The position numbers and the translations under genes are program-made. A stretch of 64,000 bases of DNA from positions 12,327-76,326 of the forward strand of contig JAKAWC010000001.1 in the NCBI GenBank assembly GCA_021817125.1. The letters are read 5' to 3'. Shown here piece after piece: positions 59,658-64,000 of this stretch; position 1 is the first letter of the stretch; every line of letters begins with the position of its first letter. The stretch is from Candidatus Micrarchaeota archaeon. GTDB lineage: Archaea; Micrarchaeota; Micrarchaeia; Micrarchaeales; CABMGC01. The notes below the pieces were generated by a model that did not search any database, was not told the DNA's origin, and saw only the letters and a list, made by a program, of their open reading frames with translations.

Positions 59658-59801
59658 TTAACGCCTCTGCCTTCCTTTCAAGAGAGAGCCGATTATTGCG
59701 CCGATAATGCCGCCTGCCACTACACCTTCCTCACCGCCAACTAGCCCCCCAAGCAGCGCACCTAAGATTAACCCAAGTGCAGTTTCATCGTCGCTCGCCA
59801 T
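59658..59801 (-). CDS. Glycine-zipper mini membrane protein (not in ORF track, 47 aa)
   Basis: Translation MASDDETALGLILGALLGGLVGGEEGVVAGGIIGAIIGSLLKGRQRR. A/T box AGGTATATAAATG (59821-59833) lies 20-32 nt upstream. Confidence 0.4.
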   Translation of the reverse strand: MASDDETALGLILGALLGGLVGGEEGVVAGGIIGAIIGSLLKGRQRR

Positions 59802-60234
59802 GCTTATGAACTATCGGTTTAGGTATATAAATGTTCGGCGAGTGAGGTCCTGGCGAGCGAGGCCGCCGCCGAGCCTCGACGAAGGAGAGGCGAGAACGGC
59901 CGAGCGAGCCAATGCTTCTTTAGCCTCCGCCTAGAGCTGCAAGGAGCTCAGGCCGGCGCTATTGCTGTTGGTGTAGCTGTTGCTGGAGCCGGTGCTGATT
60001 TTGGTGCTATTGCCGGTGCTGTTAGTGGTGTTGGTGTTTGGGCTTGGCTCGGTGCAAGCTGGGCAGGCCCACAGCCAGGCTCGCTCGTCGCCTCCGCCAT
60101 CGGCTCCTCGCTCGCTTGCGGGCACAGAACTCAAATTGGAACGAAGCTTTAAATACGACTTTTATCTAATCTCCAGCATGCCTCCAAAGGGAAAAAAGGG
60201 ACCAAGTTGGCCCAAGAAGCAGATAGACACATAT

Positions 60235-60810
60235 GAATAACCCCACCCCAAGGGGTGGGGTATCTGGGTTGCATCACAACTCAATGGATTTTGAATAATT
60301 TGAGTTGTTTGTAACCATCCTTTTCTTCTTCTGATCCTTGTTTCAATATGTAATTTCTGACGACATTTGCAGTTGTTCCTTCGCCAACAGTTCCGATGTA
60401 ACCACCATCACTCCAGAATTCACCGCCCCACAAATTCCTTTTTATTTCAGGGAACTTGGTAAATAGTTCTCTTGCAGTAATACTTTTCACTATTCTGAAT
60501 ATTTCTGATGGCGAATACTTAGGCGCAGACTCAACAAATAGATGGACATGATCACCATCTGTTCCCACGGTTTCGAACCGTATATCATATCGTCTTTCAA
60601 CTTCTGATAGAACATATCTGAGAAATGAAATTCTATCTTCATGAAGCAATAATTTCTTCCTGTATTTCACACAGATTACGATATGATACCTAATCCAATA
60701 GACCTTGTGTGCTGCATGCGCGATAGTCATACACTTTATTCTGCAACAGGATGTTTATTAGTAACTGTTGCACAGCGCATCCCCACCGCAAGCAGTGGGG
60801 AATTCAAGCA
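60235..60810 (-). mobile_element. IS200-type element (tnpA only); ends approximate
   Basis: tnpA is flanked by hairpins CCCCACCCC-AA-GGGGTGGGG (60241-60260) and CCCCAC-CGCAAGCA-GTGGGG (60781-60800). Confidence 0.65.
60281..60730 (-). CDS. tnpA: IS200/IS605-family Y1 (HUH) transposase TnpA
   Basis: YHIVICVKYRKKLL, HUH motif DHVHLFV, catalytic Tyr region SDGGYIGTVG. 149 aa. Confidence 0.9.
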   Translation of the reverse strand: MTIAHAAHKVYWIRYHIVICVKYRKKLLLHEDRISFLRYVLSEVERRYDIRFETVGTDGDHVHLFVESAPKYSPSEIFRIVKSITARELFTKFPEIKRNLWGGEFWSDGGYIGTVGEGTTANVVRNYILKQGSEEEKDGYKQLKLFKIH

Positions 60811-61012
60811 TTAAAGAGGGAGCATACGAAAGCGAGATCGCTTTAGTTGAGACACCTAAAGGCGACGAGGCGCTACAGATAACTACCTCAAGAAAAGTCA
60901 CTGCTGACTATACGAAATACCATCATGGGCTATGGATGCCAAGGCGATTGTTCGGCAAATGGGTAGTATGGCTATAGCAGCCCAATGAAGTGATACAACT
61001 TCCTCTACTTCC

Positions 61013-62121
61013 GCTTTTCCGAAAGAATATTATCTGTTTCCATCCAACATGTTTCGACGACCATGTTGGAAAGCGACTCCAACACTCTTGGCGACCTGTA
61101 CAAGAACTGCAAGGATGCAAAGGAAAAGATACGGTATGAGGCACTGTATGCGGTAAGTAGGGGCAACGATATCAAGACTGTTGCAGATATTATTGCGGTT
61201 GAGGAATCAACAGTGTACGATTGGGTACACCAGTGGGAAGCAGAACGGACGGTTTCGGATAAACCGCGTAGCGGCAGACCGCCAAAACTAACAAAAGAAG
61301 ACGACAAAGAGATAAAGCAGCTTATCGACGAAAACGATCCGAAGAAATACGGGATTAACGCGTCTTCGTATACTACGGCGGAGCTGCAGGAATATTTCCT
61401 GCGCTTCCGTGGCAAACATATTGCTGAGGAGACGTTCAGAGTGCATCTCAAAGGGATGGGTGCAAGATATGTAAAGGCGGTATTGAGATATAAAGAAGCA
61501 GATGAAGGGAGACAGATTGAATTTGCGCTGAATTTCTCACATGTAGCGTCCAATTACGGATTTACAAAAATCCTGTTTATCGACGAAATGTCCGTATCGA
61601 CCTCTGCGCACAACGGCTATGGATGGACATTCGATGAACGACTCGTTGTGGATGCACCGCAGCGCAACAAGGTGAAGGCGAATTACTTCGGTGCAGTAGA
61701 AGTCATTGACGGAGAGGTCGTAGAGATTGTAAGGAAAAGCGCAAAGGTCGACTCATTCATTGCGTTGCTGAAGAAGATGAATGAAAGATATGCCGATGAC
61801 AAAATGCTTATTTTGATGGACAACAGCCAGGTGCATCATGCGAGAAAGGTCGCCGAATTCTTCCGTAAACAAGAGAGGATGAAACTTATGTTCCTGCCGC
61901 CATATTCGCCGGATATCAATCCAGAGGAGTATTTCCATAACCACTTGAGGAATAAGGTGCTGAACAACCACAACTTCAGAAGTACGAAACAGATCGGTCG
62001 TGCGATAAGTCGATTCGTGAAGAGACTAAGTCCAGAAACGATCAGGAGTATTGCGACACTGTTGCCGATAGAGGCACTTTTATCAGCACAAAAAGAGTTG
62101 TGAGACTTTCAAGGAAAGCTA
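61013..62121 (+). mobile_element. IS630-family insertion sequence; ends approximate
   Basis: Imperfect inverted termini GCTTTTCCGAAAG (61013-) versus the reverse complement of CTTTCAAGGAAAGC (-62119). The right end abuts TATA and truncates an integrase reading frame. Confidence 0.5.
61063..62103 (+). CDS. IS630-family DDE transposase
   Basis: N-terminal HTHs with SGRPPKL. DDE triad contexts ILFIDEMS, ILMDNSQVHHA, YSPDINPEEYFHNHLR. 346 aa. Confidence 0.9.
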   Translation: MLESDSNTLGDLYKNCKDAKEKIRYEALYAVSRGNDIKTVADIIAVEESTVYDWVHQWEAERTVSDKPRSGRPPKLTKEDDKEIKQLIDENDPKKYGINASSYTTAELQEYFLRFRGKHIAEETFRVHLKGMGARYVKAVLRYKEADEGRQIEFALNFSHVASNYGFTKILFIDEMSVSTSAHNGYGWTFDERLVVDAPQRNKVKANYFGAVEVIDGEVVEIVRKSAKVDSFIALLKKMNERYADDKMLILMDNSQVHHARKVAEFFRKQERMKLMFLPPYSPDINPEEYFHNHLRNKVLNNHNFRSTKQIGRAISRFVKRLSPETIRSIATLLPIEALLSAQKEL

Positions 62122-62563
62122 TAATCGTGAGTTCTCGCTTGTCGAAGTCGATGTTGCTTATGTGCAACTGGCAGACCTCGCCAACTCGAAGACCCATGTG
62201 CGCCTGATACTTGAACAGAAGCGCGAACTTCTCGCTTGCGATGCTTCTAAAGAAGCGTTGCAGTTCTGGCTCCGTAAAACCCTTGTTTATCGAGCCGTAT
62301 CTAGGCTCTTTCCTTCTTTTGAAACGCTGGGCGTACGCCTTGACCATCACAGACCGCGCAGCCTCAAGCTGCCACTTGGAGGCCATTCTGCTCGCTTCTT
62401 CTACGCTGCTTAGGAAGTCCTTGAAAACGAACCCCGAACCCGCGTTTTCAGCCTTCCCGCCTGATGTCCTGCCTCTGGTTTTGAACCCGGAGCCATAGAC
62501 GCTAGATTTGAATGGGGCTGCCGAGATTTGAACTCGGGTATCTGTCATTGCAGTAGCGGGCAT
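62122..62563 (-). pseudogene. Tyrosine integrase N-terminal fragment reading through tRNA 3'-half remnants, truncated by IS630
   Basis: The ORF 62042..62563 product contains FTEPELQRFFRSIASEKFALLFKYQAHMGLRVGEVCQLHISNIDFDKRELTI (core-binding end plus the Arg-I box). Homology stops at the IS630 end. The first 30 codons are the tRNA-like sequence. Confidence 0.6.
62513..62556 (-). other. Orphan tRNA 3' half (anticodon loop to discriminator; Cys-GCA-like), candidate att remnant
   Basis: Minus strand reads CTGCAAT-GACAG-...-CCGAG-TTCAAAT-CTCGG-CAGCCCC-A. No matching 5' half is adjacent. A second, degenerate T-arm remnant lies at 62471-62494. Confidence 0.55.
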
Positions 62564-62631
62564 GACGGGATTTGAACCCGCAACCCTCGGGTCCGAAGCC
62601 CGATGCGCTATCCAAGTTACGCCACATGCCC
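62557..62631 (-). tRNA. tRNA-Arg (anticodon UCG)
   Basis: Manual fold: acceptor GGGCATG/CATGCCC, D-stem GCGT/GCGC, anticodon stem TCGGG/CCCGA with loop CTTCGGA, T-arm GCGGG-TTCAAAT-CCCGT, discriminator G. 75 nt. Confidence 0.85.
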
Positions 62632-62679
62632 ACAGAGTATATACTCAGCATGGTTTTTAAGCCCTGATGAGAGAGCGAC

Positions 62680-63096
62680 TCACTCTTGGATCCTCTCTAT
62701 CGGTTCAAGGCCATCGGCGAACTCCTCCTTCATGTCTCCGAAGAGCTCCTTGTATTCCTGGCGGTCCGGTCTCCCGAGTGCGTAGTACACCCACATGGAC
62801 ATAGCGTGCTCTGGCACAGGGATGCTGGTCACCTCTTCGACATCGGTCTCGCTGATGTTCTTCCAGCCGTCTGCAAAGGCGTACTTCGCCTCGTCAAGTA
62901 TCTTCTCCTTCTCGAGCTGCCCTCCGAATCGCAGATACCTATGTGTCTGCCATGAGTGGCTAGATGACAGAGCCGCAACAAGCATCGCCCTCTTCACTAC
63001 TGCCATGTCCTTCTCGCTGAACTCCCGCTTCTTCGCAACCTTGCGAACCTCCGCCACGAATAGCCCATATTTGTTTAATATGGTTCTAATCGGCAT
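62680..63096 (-). CDS. Hypothetical protein
   Basis: 138 aa with ordinary composition. No motif recognised. Confidence 0.5.
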   Translation of the reverse strand: MPIRTILNKYGLFVAEVRKVAKKREFSEKDMAVVKRAMLVAALSSSHSWQTHRYLRFGGQLEKEKILDEAKYAFADGWKNISETDVEEVTSIPVPEHAMSMWVYYALGRPDRQEYKELFGDMKEEFADGLEPIERIQE

Positions 63097-63239
63097 GCAA
63101 TCAACGTCGCCCTTATTCGATTATTTACCAGCTTGCTTTATAAAGACTTCCCCTATTCTTTACGGAAGATAAGTAAAAGCTCCTCTCGAAAGTTCAAAAC
63201 CTCGAAAGTCTTATAAACTTTCATCGGTATAAGGAAACA

Positions 63240-63677
63240 GTGATTCCTATGATAACAGGAAATAGAATAACTAGCGTAGAGGCCAAGCGCGATCTCGACG
63301 ACATGATAACAAACATGCGCTTCAACATCAATTTTGACGATGTTAAGACTGAGGGCGACAACGTAGATGTTGCATACACGTTCACCGCTGTATACGAGGG
63401 AGGCAATTCGGGAAGCCCGAAGACGGTGGGTCAGCTGAAGATAACCGGAAGCATAGCCGCGAGGGAGAGCAAGCAGACGATCTCCGAGGTGACGAAGCTC
63501 TGGAAGGACAAGAAGACCCTGCCGATACAGTTCGCCGAGGACGTAATCAACCTCCTCAACTTTGAGTGCGGATCGAGAGGAACGCTGGTCGCTTATTCGA
63601 TAGGCTTCGTGGCGCCGCTCCCAATAAGCAGGGCAAAGCTCCAGGAACAGGCCGTGAAGGGAAGCGGGGCAGCCTGA
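63240..63677 (+). CDS. Hypothetical protein
   Basis: 145 aa. GTG 63240 or ATG 63249. A/T box TTATAAA at 63211-63217. No motif recognised. Confidence 0.5.
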   Translation: MIPMITGNRITSVEAKRDLDDMITNMRFNINFDDVKTEGDNVDVAYTFTAVYEGGNSGSPKTVGQLKITGSIAARESKQTISEVTKLWKDKKTLPIQFAEDVINLLNFECGSRGTLVAYSIGFVAPLPISRAKLQEQAVKGSGAA

Positions 63678-63711
63678 TTCCCATTCTCTTTATTTCTTAA
63701 CGGATAAGAGC

Positions 63712-64000
63712 ATGGCAGAGATAGAGCTAAAGGGAGTAATCCTCGATATCGACTACGTAACCCGGGATACGAAGAGCGCCATACGCATGGCGTTCAAGAG
63801 CGGCGGGAAGATATACACAGTATATGACACGCACTTTCCTCCCTATTTCTATCTCATACCTCACAATGATGGTCTTGATGCAAGCTCGCTCGCCAAGATG
63901 GTCATCCCGATAGAGAAGGAGAACGTCGAAATAGCCGGCGCAGAGAAGCTTACGGTATACAGTAAGGGCAGGCAGATCACAGTGATCAAAGTTACCGTGA
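63712..64000 (+). CDS. polB: Family B DNA polymerase, N-terminal fragment (continues beyond window)
   Basis: Translation from ATG 63712 is MAEIELKGVILDIDYVTRDTKSAIRMAFKSGGKIYTVYDTHFPPYFYLIP..., the typical archaeal PolB N-terminus (ILDIDY...PYFY). No stop before the window end, so it is absent from the ORF track. Confidence 0.7.
   Translation, partial: MAEIELKGVILDIDYVTRDTKSAIRMAFKSGGKIYTVYDTHFPPYFYLIPHNDGLDASSLAKMVIPIEKENVEIAGAEKLTVYSKGRQITVIKVTV

Larger units (their letters stand above)
50518..62556. mobile_element. Composite genomic island between tRNA-Val and tRNA-Arg (integrase, R-M, NYN/HerA-like operon, IS200, IS630, integrase fragment); internal boundaries unresolved
   Basis: The integrase sits directly downstream of the tRNA-Val 3' end. 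There are visibly AT-rich blocks (51.8-53.6 kb, 54.6-54.8 kb, 58.3-59.7 kb), two IS copies, and tRNA 3'-half remnants at the tRNA-Arg side. Confidence 0.6.

Noticed and set aside
59931-60240. ORFs 59931..60134 (minus) and 59980..60240 (plus) in a GCT/GTT low-complexity stretch
   Set aside because: The products are low-complexity (N/S/T-rich, or Leu/Val runs), the ORFs are mutually antisense, and there are no start-context or motif features. The stretch is probably non-coding filler next to the IS200 end.
62513-62556. Half-tRNA as a split-tRNA gene (Nanoarchaeota-style)
   Set aside because: There is no leader or complementary intervening sequence. It abuts tRNA-Arg directly and is read through by an integrase ORF. 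An att remnant is the simpler explanation.
1-64000. CRISPR arrays, rRNA genes, retron or DGR components
   Set aside because: I noticed no regularly spaced direct repeats, no rRNA-like sequence, and no reverse-transcriptase motifs in any listed ORF.

Overview
This window is an archaeal chromosomal segment. I had no database access, so every call comes from motif recognition in the supplied translations and manual reading of the DNA. Evidence for Archaea: a complete A1Ao ATP synthase operon atpHIKECFABD (41.35-49.73 kb), an archaeal-type ThrRS with an N-terminal editing domain, a family-B DNA polymerase N-terminus at the right edge, a class III (prepilin-like) signal peptide, A/T boxes about 25-35 nt upstream of mostly leaderless starts, and many ATGA/GTGA start-stop overlaps. 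I cannot assign a lineage from sequence alone. Core content: a run of nucleotide house-cleaning genes (frameshifted HIT, Maf, YjjX-type ITPase, RdgB/HAM1, Nudix); an epimerase; a DUF255 thioredoxin-fold protein; an unusual sdhA / membrane ORF / membrane-fused sdhB operon; a class II fumarase/aspartase-family lyase; malic enzyme; thrS; endonuclease III; a Memo-like protein; and a Dph6-like PP-loop ATPase. Accessory content falls in three regions. (1) Left edge, 1-6.1 kb: a HerA/VirB4-like ATPase translationally coupled to tandem cysteine-rich paralogs I cannot place, an IS630-type HTH-only gene, two paralogous surface proteins sharing a GSNTALY C-terminal anchor, and a tnpB-only IS200/IS605 element. 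(2) 26.5-37.7 kb: an operon encoding an RHH regulator (with a palindromic operator), an unknown ORF, cysD, a NUMOD3/Vsr-like remnant and cysN. It is followed by a 1,821-aa giant protein made of 12 divergent ~95-aa modules plus a SAM methyltransferase domain, then GT4 and phosphodiesterase genes. (3) 50.4-62.6 kb: a composite island bracketed by tRNA-Val and tRNA-Arg. It carries a tyrosine integrase, a low-GC type II R-M pair, an AT-rich origin-like spacer, a NYN-RHH-membrane-anchored HerA-like ATPase operon, small membrane proteins, IS200 (tnpA) and IS630 copies, and an integrase fragment that reads through stacked tRNA 3'-half remnants. The best candidates for something undescribed are the giant repeat-methyltransferase protein together with the cysDN operon (a shared KLRALGY C-terminal peptide), the HerA-like ATPase with cysteine-rich paralogs, and the NYN/HerA-like operon in the island. 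No CRISPR array, rRNA or intein was seen.
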